Of a stretch of 64,000 nt of DNA, positions 1 to 15,200 are shown piece after piece. Numbering within the stretch: position 1 is the first letter of the stretch; each line of letters opens with the position of its first letter. The position numbers were made by a program, and so were the translations under genes. The notes beneath the pieces are model-generated. The model ran no database searches. It saw only the letters and a list, made by a program, of their open reading frames with translations, and had not been told where the DNA came from. Source of the DNA: Kudoa neothunni. Taxonomy: Eukaryota; Animalia; Cnidaria. Where the stretch lies: positions 92,577 through 156,576 of the forward strand of contig OZ199839.1 of assembly GCA_964304625.1 (NCBI GenBank), in the 5' to 3' direction.

Positions 1-559
1 CCTATCGAAAAGCTAGTAATCTGCAAGCCTCACAGAGCCAACGTTCTTAAAGGGACAGAGTATGGGATGGTGACCGCCCTAAGACGAGGATGTTTATTAT
101 AATATTTATAAAAATATGTTTTTGCATTAAATTAACATTCTATTATATAACAATCCCCCCTTTTTAACTTTATTTTAATAAACATGATAATTTACGAAAA
201 TAGAGATTTTATATGTCAAAAATATTGATATGAAAAGAATTTTTCCATGGATTTTGAGGTTTAATTTTAAACGCTTAAACATTCATATAATAATAATAAT
301 AATAATAATAATTAAACAAATTCCATTAATTTTTATTTATAAATATTACGCGTCGTCTATATTTGGTTAGAGTTTAATTCATAATTTGAATTTGAAAATA
401 CGAGGATGTTTTTAACGTTGTTAATTTTTTGCTTCTATACTCAAAATAATGTAGTTCTCAGTGATTAAAAATTTTTAACATTTAATAAATATATTTAATT
501 CACACAAAGAATATTTTGATATAATTGGGGTGTATGATAAATAAATTATGTTAAAATGT

Positions 560-601
560 GTATGTTTGGGGTCCGCAAGCAAGAAAGATTAAGAACCACC
601 G
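560..601 (+). mobile_element. hAT (Charlie-like) terminus
   Basis: ggggtccgcaagcaagaaagattaagaaccaccg resembles hAT 3' ends (GGGGTCCG...AAGAACCACTG). Confidence 0.4.
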
Positions 602-2852
602 TGTTAAAGTCAAGTGCGGCTCCTCATCTTTGATACATAATACATACAGTAGGTGATCGATTTCACGTACTTTTACTTTTTCTTCTCTCATATATAATTA
701 TCAGAGTTAAAAATATTTTTTTAAATTAACAAAGTTTATTTTATGCAATTAGAATTAAAAGTTACAAGAAAAAAGTAATTTATAAAAGATTTTTATATAA
801 AAATAGGGATTTTCGATTTTATGTAACTTTACGACTCCAACCCTAATTTTCAAAATCCTTTGTTTTGATTAATCACATCAATGATAACATTGTGAATAAT
901 TTAGACATGAAGTAAAGTTTATTATTCTCCATTTTTTAAATATTTGTTAATGAGAGCTGGAAAATCTTTTACATTTCGCGATTTTGATCTCATACCTATT
1001 TCTTCTTTGAAAATTACTAAAACAATAATGTCGATTTGATTTCCTCTTGTAAATAAGCTTGGGTTCATTCAAAAGAAACATTCTGGATGAGGAATCAAAT
1101 AATAATTTTTATGATATAGTTTATACTTGATTAAAGGTATTAGAGGCAAGAAATCCGATTTATTATAGACAACTACATGTGTAAAAAATTAATAAAGGAG
1201 TTCAATTAAAAAATTATTACTTATAGGGGATTTTTTGATTATAGGTCGAGCCTTAATTTAAAATAGGTCAATTTTCTTGGGTGTTCATTTATGCACTCAA
1301 AACTGTTATCTTAAGTAGTAGAACAAATTGAGTGTTAGAGCGGCAGAATCTTCTACCGGCACTCTTCGTACAATTTATATAAAACTATATTATTCAATCA
1401 ACAAAAAATGTCATATTATTTTAATATGTACAAACATTCCAAGGTAAACTTTGAGTTACGTCTGGAATCCAATTCACATCTAAAAAAGAGATCCAAAATG
1501 ACTTATGAGCTAATTTTATACGTCCATCTCTGGTAGTTGTTCAGATCATTTTTTGATTTGTCATCGCAAGAACTAACAATTTTTAACGGCAGTAAAAATT
1601 TACCCATTTGATATGAGTAAAATAGTAATTTCAAAAATATTGCTAACAATTTGTATGTATGTCTCTATATCCCAACTTTTAACAATGAAACTAAATTATA
1701 TGACGTCATTCTTGTATTTTTCAAAAAATTCACCAAATCAACCACCATCTCTCAATAAACGAATAATTTATTTTTCAAAGCCTAACTACCAAAGTATTTC
1801 GGTTGAAACCCACATTATTGAAAATGATAGCGATCTAAATGCATAACCACTAGATTTTCTTAAATTTATGTTAAAATTATAAAAATCTTTCTAAAGTTAA
1901 CAATTGTGAACTTTAGAAATATTTTGGAAATGACTATTACCACTCTAGCGAATAATTCCATAACCACACAATATTACATATTTCTGTTTATATATTGTTT
2001 GTTAGAACTCTTTTTACTATAAAAACTCTAATTTTCATATGAAAATTCATTCACCTAATTTTTGGCATTTGAAGCATATAATCGCGTATTTTTCACACTT
2101 GTTATAATAGTTACTTAGTTATTATTAAATGTTTTATGATAAAATTATTTACTTAAAAAGTTGAAAAAATAAGAGATAGATATCTTAAACACAATATCGA
2201 ATTCGTAAGTCATAAGTAAGTCATAAATAGGGGTCATTTAATCATTGACTGAACTTCGAGTATCTTTGAATTTTGCGATAAATAGAAAAAATTACGCAAG
2301 GTCGCTTGACAAAACACAAATAAACTTTATTATAATTCATGAATTTATCATTCAATTATGTAGTTTTTTTTCTTCCCAATTGCAGGTATTCTAAAACCCC
2401 TTAGTATTCATACCTTCATATTTTCATACTGCTTTAGGCTTTTCAGGGAATGCAAAATCTGCAAAAAATGTAGGAAGGCACTTGAAACTGAAACCTTCGA
2501 ATTCCAGTAGATTTGGTTGATTTTATATTGTCTGATAAATTAGTCCACTGTGATCTAACTGGATACCAATTCTTTTTAAAATACTAATTAAAATACTCAA
2601 CGTTTAGCTGTTAAGCTCAGTGAAAATTTTCTGATAATCATCTTAATCTTTAACGAAGATTTTTTTGAAGAATATCTAGCATCAAATCTTTTAATTCACG
2701 CGTGATATCATATATCTAAAGCAATATCTACTACTCAAAAATTTGCAAAACATGAAATTTACATATATTTAGTTTAGCATTCAAATCTTTGTCGGTGATT
2801 ACAGAAAGTAACTGCTCCTTTATCGATGACGGAATAGATATTAATTCATTAA

Positions 2853-3755
2853 CCCTCCCTGTCCGGAGTGGGGTCCGCGTGGATCCCAAATCCGACTAAT
2901 TTGAATCTAATTTTCGATAGACAAATCTAAACCATCCTTAAATTTCTGAATTCCTCTAAATATTTATAACAATTAGAATTACATAAAAAATCCATTTTAA
3001 AAAATTATTATCGGCTAATTTTAATCAATGATTTTTAAGGAAAATCAATGAAGTAGTTTAAATAAAATGGGATTTTTGTTGTCTTACTTAACTTTGTAAT
3101 TATGAAATCCTACTCCTTGTATTATTAAATTGAAAGGGAAAAATTCTTAAACAGAGCAATACAGCGAAAATTAAAAATTACATAACAGAAATAACACAAT
3201 AAATCTAGTTTTTAATAACAAATTAGGTCTGAAAAAAAGAATGTATAAATCAAATATCAAGAGTTAATTTGAACTATGCTTTCTTTATATGCCTAAAATT
3301 AATGGTAAATTACAAGTTCGAGCTAAGACACCTTCATTCATTTTAACCCATTTTAACCCATTTATTGCTAATTTGTTGTTTTCGATTTTGTACGATCATG
3401 CTGCTGCTGTTGCAGTCCGCTCGGATCAATGTTATTTATGATTTCTTCTTTTGAAATGGTTTTCATTTTGAAGATTACTTTTTTTAAATTAAATAAGTTT
3501 AATTTTAATTTTTGTATCATTAAATTCTTTCTAAACTTTAAATAGCTGATATTTGTGCATTATGGGACTCTGTTTTGATGCCTACTAATGTTCCATGATC
3601 AATTTAATTGTCTATGCAGAACATCTTATAAATAGTTGAAAAATTGTTTAAAGCATGACATTAAGAAATTAAAGACCATTAAGACAGTTTTTTTGGGGGT
3701 CTAGACGGACTCCATTGGAACGGGAGGATTTTATTTTCACTCAATACAAGGAAGG
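2853..3755. mobile_element. Non-autonomous piggyBac-like element
   Basis: TTAA+ccctccctgtccggagtggggtccgcgtggatccc at the left, a degenerate inverted copy at ~3693-3730, and ggaagg+TTAA at the right. Confidence 0.6.
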
Positions 3756-5229
3756 TTAATATACTAGTTTAAAATAACTTTTTTTGCAAATAATACATGA
3801 ACTACATATATGGCTCGTTTCAGAATAAATCGTTAACTGTTAGGCATTGGGGAAAACTGAAGAAAATTTAATAAAATTGAGAGTTTAAAAAATAAACAAA
3901 TTACGAATAATGAGTTTTTTATCGTGATTCCAGTAATTTTTAGGCTGTATCAACATGAGTAGTTCTAGCGAAAAGGAAAAAACCTCCTTCATCTCATCCT
4001 CTATAAATATTATTGCACAAGGCCGATTCGCATCTTCAGTAAGAATTCTAACATCACAGTTATGATCCAAAGTTAAAATCTTATAAAAATAATTGATTTT
4101 GTTACGTTAGGAAGATGCTTTCTTCGTATAATGTAGGGGATTGAGTGTAATTATTACACCTGTTTCTTATTGTATTTTAAACTGCAGCATTTTTTCATTG
4201 GCAGACATAGAAATTAATTTTGATATTAATTTACTATTGCGGTCTGATTTAGCTTTTGGTGGTACATTTGAAGAAAACCTGATTTCTTCTGTGGTTATGT
4301 GCTAGGTGTAATAATTTTACTTCAAGTTTTTTTCCATCGAAACCGATTCCTATCTTAATATGAGTTTGACAGGTGCCTCACAAAGTTTCAGCCTCTCTTA
4401 CACCCTTTGGCCTATTACACTATTACAATAATGGTTGTCAAAATAACAAATATACTAAATATAACAGTATTTTAACTTCCCATTAAATTTTTTGGAAGAG
4501 AACTCATATGACATAAATAATTTTGTTATTATCTATCTAATAAGCTACATAATGATTTTTTTTCATATGACTTTAAAGAATCTTTAGTTGATGAGCCGAG
4601 ATAAATCTTCTTTCTATTTAAAGATATCACTCTCAGCACAGCCTAATGTTATTTCTTATTCCCGCAGATTATAAATATCTTCAAAAAATTCATATTAATG
4701 CGGAAAAAATTATGTATTATTTATAATCATTAATATTCAATAAAATATAATTCATAATTATAAGTATTGAAAGTTGTGTAAGTGTATTTTCATAACATTT
4801 TTACACCCTTTTCAGAGTTATCCATTTTAAAGTACATTAAAAGGTTTGGTAAAACAGCTTTTAACGAACAAAAAAATGCGTATAAATATGGGCATACAGG
4901 TTCTGTACTTATAATAGATTTGATTTAGTTAGATCGATTTGAGGATGGATCATCGAATTAGTTCTCAGAACAGTCTAGGAATACTCAATTATGATAATGT
5001 AAAATCGAAAATTATTTCAACGGTCACTCTGTGTATATGGATAAGCTGATATTTTAGCTTTTAAAATCATCGATTTTATCCTAAAATCTATATAATAAAT
5101 TTTAACGCAAAAATTTAAAATTTAATAGATAAAAATATGTTAAAGTAATAAAGAAAATTATAGATCTTGACATCCTCAGAATTAGGAGAAATTCGTTTTT
5201 GTGACAATAGACAGCCCCAGCCAAATAAA

Positions 5230-6350
5230 TACAGTCGAACCTTGATTATCTGGAAAATTTAGGACGGGCGATTTTCTTTGTGGATAGCGATGTTCCCGTT
5301 AATCGAACATAAACAATATTTTTCGCGCGCATTTTTTAAAATTTCTACTTAAAGGATTCTTTACTTGATTAATAAGCAATTTTTACTATTTATTAAGTAA
5401 AATATTTTAATTTCTGTCACTAAAATTAATAATTTTGATATATCTATTAACTTGGAATATGGAGACTTAAAGGAAAAACAGTATAACAATTGTGACAGTT
5501 TTTACAAGTTTACAGAGGAGTAACCTATTTTTTTAAATAATCGATAATTAATTTTTGTTTAATATACATAAAGCCATGTGTTCAGATATAGTAAAAATTT
5601 ATATAAGGACCGAATGTTTAACTTAGGTTTTAAAAGGAAAATTTATTATTAAATAATCTAGAAATATTTTTGTTCTAAATATTGCATTGGTATATATGCT
5701 ACATTTTACATGTCGTACGGTGATGGGTGCACTTTTATCTGGAAATATAATTAAATAGTTTTTCCGGTTGTCGGATAATCGAACATTTATTGAACGTAAT
5801 GTCAATAAAATAAAATTTAAAATTTCTTCTGCATAATCACGTTTCGATTGTATTTTAATTGTCTCAACATGCATCCAAAGTACGGAAAATCGGTAAATGA
5901 TGCATTTTCCGTAACTTTTCTCCGGTCCCGAGAGGGTTATGGAAAATTGATTACCCACTGTATCAGATCCCTACTACGGTGTCCTATTTATATATTGTTA
6001 TGTAAGAACCAATTCCAATGTGAAATTGTAGGTCATCCTAGGTGCAAGCTGGATGCTGAATTAAATTCGCCATTAACAGAAATATTTTGTATAAAGCGAA
6101 GTTTGAAATTTCGAGAATATAATATTTTCTTACGAAAAATATTTTTATTACGTATGTTACATTTAATCCATTCGGGCTTTTCTCGTCGTTTACCACACAC
6201 TAAAAATTGCACGATATCTTTAAATGAAGAACAAATTCTTGAACAACAATATACTTGAAGTATGAAACATAACGCCACATTTATAATATTTATATGATGC
6301 AACAAGTAGATAGTTTCGCCATTTATATATCATTCGATTTTTTCACCTAG
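5230..6350 (-). mobile_element. Tigger/pogo-like remnant
   Basis: TA+cagtcgaaccttgattatc terminus typical of pogo/Tigger, and a weak KD.V.FLVC..EK segment on the minus strand. Confidence 0.35.
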
Positions 6351-6499
6351 AGCTTTTGGTTCTCAATATCTCGAAATTTTTGTTGCAATTATATTATTAT
6401 ATACTTCATTAATATATCTACATATATATATTGAATTATAATATTATACGAATTTTTTTAATTTCCTGTGATAGAAAATCAAAATGGGCTAAATGATTA

Positions 6500-7504
6500 A
6501 GGATCTCTTCAGTTGACAAATAGAACAAGCTCGTTGATTGCCACTCTATGTATTTTTCTATTTCACTAACGAGTTAAAAGCGACTGAATTATATCAAGGA
6601 CACGAAATGTCGACGTTTATTTTTAGGAGAATCGACGTCTATAAATAAACATCGAACTCCCCGAAGCTTTTATGCAAAACAGAGATTATACACAGATCCG
6701 CGCAAACATCTCTATGGCGCAAAAAACACAAATTAACATTATATATAATATAATAGAACTATATTTTAATACAATTATAATATTATAGGGATTTTTCTAT
6801 CGAAAGAACATATCTAATCTCCAACAAATTTAAATTGCGATCGAAGACAACTATTATTTTAAAAAATATTACCGAAAAAATTGTTATTGCCAAAACCTTT
6901 TTTCATAAACAATGTAGATAAGTGCTTATCAACAAAAGTTTTAACATTAGAAAATGAATGTGCTGAAGCACAATATTTTTAGGAAAAATTTCTAGGTTTT
7001 GTGTGATTATCTATTATTTTAAATGGTAATCCATCATACACATCAGCTGAAACAAGATAATCTTTATTTTTTTATCTATGTGATATCTAAATTACGGGGG
7101 GATCAAGAAGGATAAGCTTTAACGATTCTACAATAATTCAAAATGTTCCTGTACATGGTTTTGTTTTTTAGGTAACTTTAACTTGCAGAATTTGTAAACA
7201 AATTCATTTTAAATAATTCTAAATTAATTCAATCCTCAATAAAATGCTCCAAATCACATCTTTTTCTGCCCATTCTTATTAAGGTGCCCCTTTCGAAACC
7301 TTCCGAAAAAATAAACGTCGAACCATCCTGATAAATTTAACCGAAAGTGATTAATATCTAAAATTTCATACAATAATTATATCGTAACAATGTGGTTGAT
7401 TATGTGGAAAAGATAAGCTCCGGTTGGAGTTATTTCCTTTACAACAATGTTTACATTTAGAAATTAGTCTAACTAGTGTTTCCCATGCATTAATTTCGAG
7501 GGGT
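6500..7504 (+). mobile_element. Very old piggyBac remnant
   Basis: Degenerate Y.GG.D-like segment near 7090 and a gaggggTTAA end at ~7498-7508. Confidence 0.3.
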
Positions 7505-9277
7505 TAATAAAAAGGCGTTTACTCTTAAAAATTAGTCTTTCGTAAATTCGTCGCAATAATAAAATCTGGCGTACAAACATAATAATTCTTGACCAATAAT
7601 GTTATAAATATACACAATTAATATATTTAGGTGCCCTAAGTCTATTAATTTGTATTAATTTAGCTTAGCTAATCATCGAATGTTTGTGAATCCAAAAGGT
7701 TGGACAACATTGTTATAAAATAAGGGGTGCGAGAATATGTCCAAAATCAATGTGAAACCAGTTTCAATAGGTGTTGTGTTTATCACGAACAAGCTCAATT
7801 TGCAATAATAATAATAATAATAATATTACAAGCGGTCCCCAACTATGACCCGATATTAATAAAATAAAGGTGATGCTTTAGTGAAACAGTCGTTAAATTT
7901 CTACTTAATTTTAATCCACAACAATTGGTTTTCACTTTGCCATCGTTAATCCTCCTTAAATTATCCTCTAGTTTATGTTGGACATCCTATTAACGATGAT
8001 AATAACTGACGATCAGAATACATTGATAAGAACTCTAAAAACGATTGGAGTGTTCCGTTAAACAGAAAAATGCCATATTTTGAAAAAGATATGGATTAGC
8101 GGAGTGAGAAAGAAATTTACGCAGTTGACCCCTAACCTAACATTTACAGTTTGAACAGCTCTATTTTTGAATTACTTTTCTCATGAAATAGAATATAAAT
8201 TGTTGGAGATTAAAAATAAATGCATCCTAATCAATTCAACATTTAAGTGTCGGTTTTATTACAATCTTTTTTCTTAAAGATTTTTTAAGAAAAAATTATT
8301 ATACATAATTATAACTGAACAAATATTTTTAATTATAATTATGGAATATCATTTTTAGACAAATATACATATACAAGGTTGGTTGTGACACGCCCCCCCC
8401 CCCCCAAAAATGTATAATTATTTATAAAAATTTCTCATAGTAGATCAAACAATCTATTTTTAATTTAAATATTTTAAAAAGATTTCGGTAATTTTGTGAA
8501 TTAATTTAAATAATAATCCAAATAAAAAATAATGTCAAATTTTTAAACGAGTTATTATTTTTAAAATTAACGTAAAACTAGCGTTTATCCTTGTATTTTG
8601 ATACAGGAATAAAATATGCGATTAAAAAAACATTGGTCTATCTAACTGAGACCAACTGTATTGTATAGAAAACCAATTGAAATGCACAAATTTAAACAAC
8701 CAATTTCAAATTTTGAAAAATACACCAATCCTAAGTATAATTGTTCACAATAGATTTAATGACAGTAGAGCCGAACAGATCGATTGATCCTGATGTGCAA
8801 TTGAGAATCAACAACCGGATAAATCCCCCAAAGTTGATGATTAGAATAATCGCCCACCGTTTTAAAAACACCACGAATGATAACGACAAAATAAATCTCC
8901 AACATTACTTTAGAATGTAGGTTAGCTACTGTGGATTGGTGTGAGAATGATGTGAATTAGGTGTATTAACAGTGACGCCTTAATGGTGGGTGATTGATTG
9001 TGAATGGATGGTGGATTCCAAAAGAAAGCTAACAACTTCTTTTGGCACAATTAGAAATCAACAACCAATCACAAACCAATCAGCGCCACTTAACTTGTTC
9101 TAATTTCTCAATGTAAAAACAATAGTAATGTTTATGAAGCCAGCTATAGATACCTAAATAAGAATTAAAACGAGTTCGAGCGATTACAATCGCCCACTTA
9201 AATTTAATACGTCCTGGTGGATACTGACGATTTGAGATTTTGCCATTTGGTTGAGTCGAAAATTTTAACATAAAAAA

Positions 9278-12200
9278 ATGCAGAACAAATTCAACTGTTT
9301 CGAAAATAATTCGATCAGCGCCAGTGTGGTTGTTACAGATCAAGTGAGTTGTGTGAAATATAGCTGCGAGTTCCAATGTGCTAATATTACACTGTGTTAG
9401 ATGGAAATTAACAACGAGCAACGTGCCATTTCACCATCGTCTATTTCTGATAACACTGGATCCGCCACAGTGACATATATGTGTCCAAATGTGGAGCATT
9501 TAAGATCTCGACAAATGAGATCAGATGCTGTAAAAACCAGATCGATGTTATGGCGTATAATGGTCACTACAAAAGTGAGTCGTAAATCACTTTTCAAGGA
9601 TAGCGATAGCACTTTTAATGACAATACGTTTCCATCTGATGATTCCACGAGACATTTGAGTATATATGTACAATGTGATCCCTCGAAAGAATCGAAATTT
9701 TGGCATTGTTATGCCAAATGTAAGGTGACACTGATTAGCAAAAATCCCGCAAAGACAATATCAAAAGGTTTTTTCGAATTACCACTCGCACTCGCACATG
9801 CACTCGCACACGCATCAATTTTGGAAGCGATTATAGGTGCAATAAATAAAATTCCTTTTGCTTAATTTACTGATTCCTCACAACGAAAATACTTTTTACT
9901 CAATATTCTAATTTGTCAAATCGAAAGCAGCTAATAATATAGCAGAATAATTCGATATATGGTCGTCGAAAAAACAGTAATTTCATGGGAGATAAAGGTC
10001 AACATTAAAAGGTTACATTTTCCTGTGCGCGCGTTTTTTAAATTAATAAAGATGTCTGTTGACTTGATTAAGTCCCATATTCAATTTTAATTTTGGTCAT
10101 AGTCTATCACTTAGAGTTTATGAGATTTTATCGGTTTATTAGGAATAATTAATCATAGCAGGTTGTAAGGAAACCTAATGTCTATGTTAATTATAAGTGG
10201 GAGTTGAGGAGATTAAAAATGGAGAATGCTCAAGCGTATATGCATATATATTGTGAGAATGCGTGAGTGCAGATCGATGTGAAAGCATAAATTTAATTTG
10301 ATTGTGCCAACAACCTAAGTGCATGTGCTTGAGAGCAATAACTAACTGAAACTGTTTTTATTGTTGCTGTGTAGAATTTCGAAACAACTTCACCAAAAAA
10401 GATAACGATTTCGGGTATTCTGAGTTTATATCGTTTTCCTGTCTGATGGATGCGTCTAACGAATTTTTTGAGCCAATCGAGAATGAAGACGGAAACTACA
10501 TAACCATTGTGGCCAACATTGTCACCGAGTACCCCTACGGTGTGGATTGGGATTCAAGAGGCAACACTGACCATGTTGGTCTGTTGAATTTGGGTGCAAC
10601 ATGTTATATGAATTCGTTGCTGCAAACATTCTACTTCACCAATCAACTTCGATTGGCAACCTACAACACTCCCACCTATATGGATGATGGCAATAACAGC
10701 ATAATGTACGCATTACAGTACATTTTCTATCAATTGCAGTTCAGTCAATTGGCGGTTGATACAACCCGACTCACACAAGCGTTCGGTTGGACTCAAGCTG
10801 ATAGTTTTCAGCAACATGATGTTCAAGAGTTTTGTCGTATTCTGTTGGAAAGCATGGAAAATTCGATGAAAGGCACGGCAGCTGAGAACATAATCGCCAA
10901 ACTGTTGGAAGGAAAACAAATGTCCTACATCAAATGTGTCAATGTGGACTATCAATCTGAACGAATTGAATCGGTGTACGACATTCAGTTAAAAGTGAAA
11001 GGACTACGAAATGTGTACGAATCATTCGACGATTATGTTCAAATAGAGAAACTGGATGGAGAGAATAAATATGCTGCCGAAGGTTACGGCTATCAAGATG
11101 CCAACAAAGGAGTGATATTCACACATTTCCCTCCAGTGCTGCACTTGCATTTGATGCGATTCACTTTTGATATGGAGTTGTTGGATTTTATCAAGATTAA
11201 GGATCGTTATGAGTTCCCTGATGAGCTGAATTTGGATCGTTATCTACACAAAGATCATGTCAATCAAGACGACCCTGCCACCTATACACTTGGGGCCGTG
11301 TTGGTGCACATCGGTGGCATCAACAGCGGTCACTACGTGGTGTATATTAATCCCGACTGCTCTGGTCAATGGCTTAAGTTTGATGACGATCTTGTGGTCA
11401 AGGTGAACAAAAATGAGGCTGTTGAGGACAATTTTGGAGGCTGTGGGTTGAATGTGTTCAAACCTGGCACCACCGCTTACATGCTTGTGTATGTGAGAAA
11501 CAGCGCCAAGGATCACGTCTTCAAGAGTATTGACTGCGACGATATTCCAGCCGATCTTGTTGGTCGTATCACACGAGACATTTCTCAGGAACGGTTTGCT
11601 CTCTACAAATACGAACACCGAAAAGATGTAATAACACTTAAGCTGTATTTGGAGGAGTGTTTTTATGTGTGCCAATCGGTGGGATTGATTGATAGCGGCC
11701 AGCAACATGGTTATTTGTTTGAGTTTTTCCCCACCTACACCATAGGACAAGCACTTTGTTACGTTTGCGCCCAATTAAAGATCCATTATGATAGTTGCAA
11801 AGTGTGGTTGTTCTCTGAGGAGGCAGCCAATAGCGCTCCCGGCCTACCCAGATTGCTGTCCCCCGAGAGCTACTCAGTCTTGCTCAAAGATATGACCGGC
11901 TACTCCAAACAAATATCCATATTCTTGGATACATCCATGGCGAGTGTTGAAAACATGCTAATAAATCCCCAGCATTACTTTCCTCCAACACCAATTTTGT
12001 CTTCATCCGAATGTTGTCTAATAAGTGACAACGGTCAACCTACCACTCTTTCAAATCCTGACGCCAATGAAAATGATCTGGCTTTGATATTTATCAAATA
12101 CTTCGATGTGCTATCCACCCAGCTTTCCTATGTGACTCACATGTATGTGAATCCTAATCTAACATGGAACCACTATATCGAATCGATTTTGCGTAAATGT

Positions 12201-15200
12201 GGCATTGAGTTGCATGTTGCCAACAATAACAACCAGAACCGTGACGTCGATAACAACTCCCATGATACTCGTGATGTTGATAATGGAGTGTGGGCCACCT
12301 ACAACAATAACGCTGCCAACAACAACGATCGTAACACCCCGGTGTCACTCTACATTGAAGATGTCGATGATATCCCCATTTTGATTATGGATTGTGACAG
12401 CGTTATCAACAATTATGTGATCAAGGATCAATCTTGTATACTGTGTGTACAACACAATGTTAGAAGCACAACAACAATGCCAACGCCGACGATGCTCGAT
12501 GTTACAGATTTTCCTCAATTCATACACAAATCCAACAATAATTTCGATGTAAAATTCGTCGATAAAAAATTCCCTTGGGCTGTTGGGCGTAGTTTTACAG
12601 TGAGTTGTTCACCCAACTCCAACTACTCTGATCTTATGACTATGCTCACCTCACATGTGGTACATCCTGAAGAACAAATTCAGTTGTATTACTGTCCCTC
12701 CAGCGGCACCGGTGACCATCACTTTCAACAAACCCCCAACACTCATCTCCTCACTCCTAACAACCCACTCACCGTTTTTGATATTGCCAAACAGTGTAGA
12801 TCTTTTGCAATGTCACCCGAAAAACGGTCTGAACGCATGTGTACTATTTTCTACGAATGCCTCGATATACACGTTGGCCAACTTGTGGACAATGTGCGTT
12901 TAAATCTTAAATTCATTCCTGATATTCGCTCTTTCGAGGGCAACGGTGACGACCTTGTCATCGAAAGACCACCACTATCCGATAAATTCACCTCGTCGTT
13001 CTATCTGCCACTGTTGTTGCCAAGGTGCTCTACCACTAAGCAGTTGGTTGAATGCGCCAATCAATATCTACACTCTATCAATTACCCCCTAACCAACAGT
13101 GTACGCATTTTCGAAGTGGTCTCCTCAAAAATTGTCTGTATACTGACGGATGATATTGCTGTCTCGAGAATTCTTCCTTCGATTGAAAAAACCTTGGTTG
13201 TCGAAGAGATCCCCTCCAACCAACTGCAAATGTCATTCAAACCCAACTCTACTGATCGTTTGGTTAATTGTTGTTTCTGCCACAATAAGGCAATATTTAT
13301 AATATTTGAGGGACTTTTTTAAACACTTTTTTAGAATTTTAAAAACTTTGTCGGTATTCCATTCCTCATCAGGATATCAAAGGTAAGTTGGTCATTGTTA
13401 CAATGCGCGATAATTATCGGTTTTGTTTCTTCGCTATCACAACAAAAAATGGATGTTTTTATTGTGATAACTTAATTTTGATAAATAAATTATTATGATT
13501 ATTGTTTCACCTTATTCATAATTAAAAGATGAAAATATTGTAAAAAAGATAATCTTAATTGATTATTTCTCTAATTTCTTTAATTTTAAAATTCTGATTA
13601 AAATAATGATATTTTTCATTTAAAGTGATTATTCTTCGACTTAATGTTTGTTAATTATTTAATATTTAATTAAGGAAACAGAATATTCATAAATAATTAT
13701 TTTTTACTTTATTAAAAATTAATAATCATTAATTAAGATTCAGAATATACTTAAGGGATTATTTTTCGACTTAATAATTATTAATCATTCAATTAAATAT
13801 CAGGATAAAATTAAAAGATTACTTTTCATCTCATTAAAAATTAAGGATCTTTAATCAAAGGATTATAATAAATATAAATGATTATTTTTCTCGGTGATTA
13901 TAAACATACTCTTTGTTTTGAAAAATTAAGAAAATATTCGATGGTTATTTTCCAGCATGCTTACCCACTTTACCGAATGTCACAAATATCACGTGTTGTG
14001 TGATTATTAATTAATCTCGCATTTACAGTTTTTCCTGTATGTATCAGGGGTGGCCAGGCTTACCCAAATCGGGAGCCAACTTTGAGGTTGCCAACATTTT
14101 CGAGAGACACAGGGCATTAAAATCATTTATATACCCTCTTCCTTATTTAAAATTTACATTTTTGATAGTTATTAAGATAAAATGTTGTAGAGTTTTAAAT
14201 TCAGGTTTTTAATTATTTCTTACTCAGTTAACCGCTGGACAACTCACATATAATTTTTACAGGTATAATTTATGGTGGTTTTTCCAAAAAAGTAAATTAA
14301 TAATTAATGATCCAAGAAACTTCTTCTCTATGATTAAGGTCGTAAAAATGATAAAATATTTGTCATATTTAATCATGTATGGTGGTATGACAAAAAATAA
14401 AATATTTACGAATAAAGTAATTTCACATGAATTTAACGCTTTCGACGAATTTTTTTAGAAATTATTTCAAATATTACAAGTTTTTTATGTTTCCATATTA
14501 CCCAATGAGCTGGCGGTAATCTGGTTCGTATGCTGTTAACCCGGTACGGATAAGTTCCCTCAATTGTTCGTTTATGAGGGAGGGATCCCTCGATTTTACA
14601 AACTTCATTGTTGACCAAATAGACTCACAACAATAAGTTTTTCCAAGCATAGAAACGAGTTTGAGGCCATTTTCTTTTAATTTTGAATATTTAATTTCTG
14701 AAACGTATTCAAAATTCTCTTGGTGAGTCGGAATTACGAATCATCTTTGAAGCTTTTTAATGCGTGTTTTATTCTTTCGTTATCTATCATTTTGGTAATG
14801 GATAAACACTAGTTGTAATTGTATTTCTTAATGAAACTAGTAATAATTCTAGTTTGTATCAAATATTAAAACTATATGGTAGTTTTTAACTATGTTTTCT
14901 AGTCAAAATTATTATCTAGTTTACGATTAAAGAGTTTATTTCTTCAGTTGATTAAGTAGTTTAAAAACTTACAGTTTTTCCGAGTTAACGTGCTGGCAGA
15001 ATTAAAAAAAAATTCTCAAAGACCACACCACGACGTCCAAAGAGCCACGGTTTGGCCACCCTTGGTATATATCCTTTATTGATCCTAAAAGTTATGCAAG
15101 AAGAGATATGAACTGAGTTTTCTAGGTGAATGTGTAAGTCGTCCGCGAAATAAGAGAAAGTGACTTGAAATGGAAATTTTCATAAGGCGCAAAAAATAAG

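Noticed and set aside
1-100. Possible LTR retroelement PPT/LTR start
   Set aside because: No second LTR or coding evidence within the window.
1000-2000. Possible Sola-type transposase remnant (ETHIIENDSD)
   Set aside because: The similarity is too weak and fragmented to call without a profile search.
10713-13285. Antisense and alternate-frame ORFs within USP7
   Set aside because: They are by-products of a GC-richer coding exon, with no recognisable motifs.
10446-13322. Stop-codon reassignment as the explanation for the many short ORFs
   Set aside because: The 2.9-kb USP7 exon is open in the standard code. Breaks elsewhere are explained by short introns or transposon decay.
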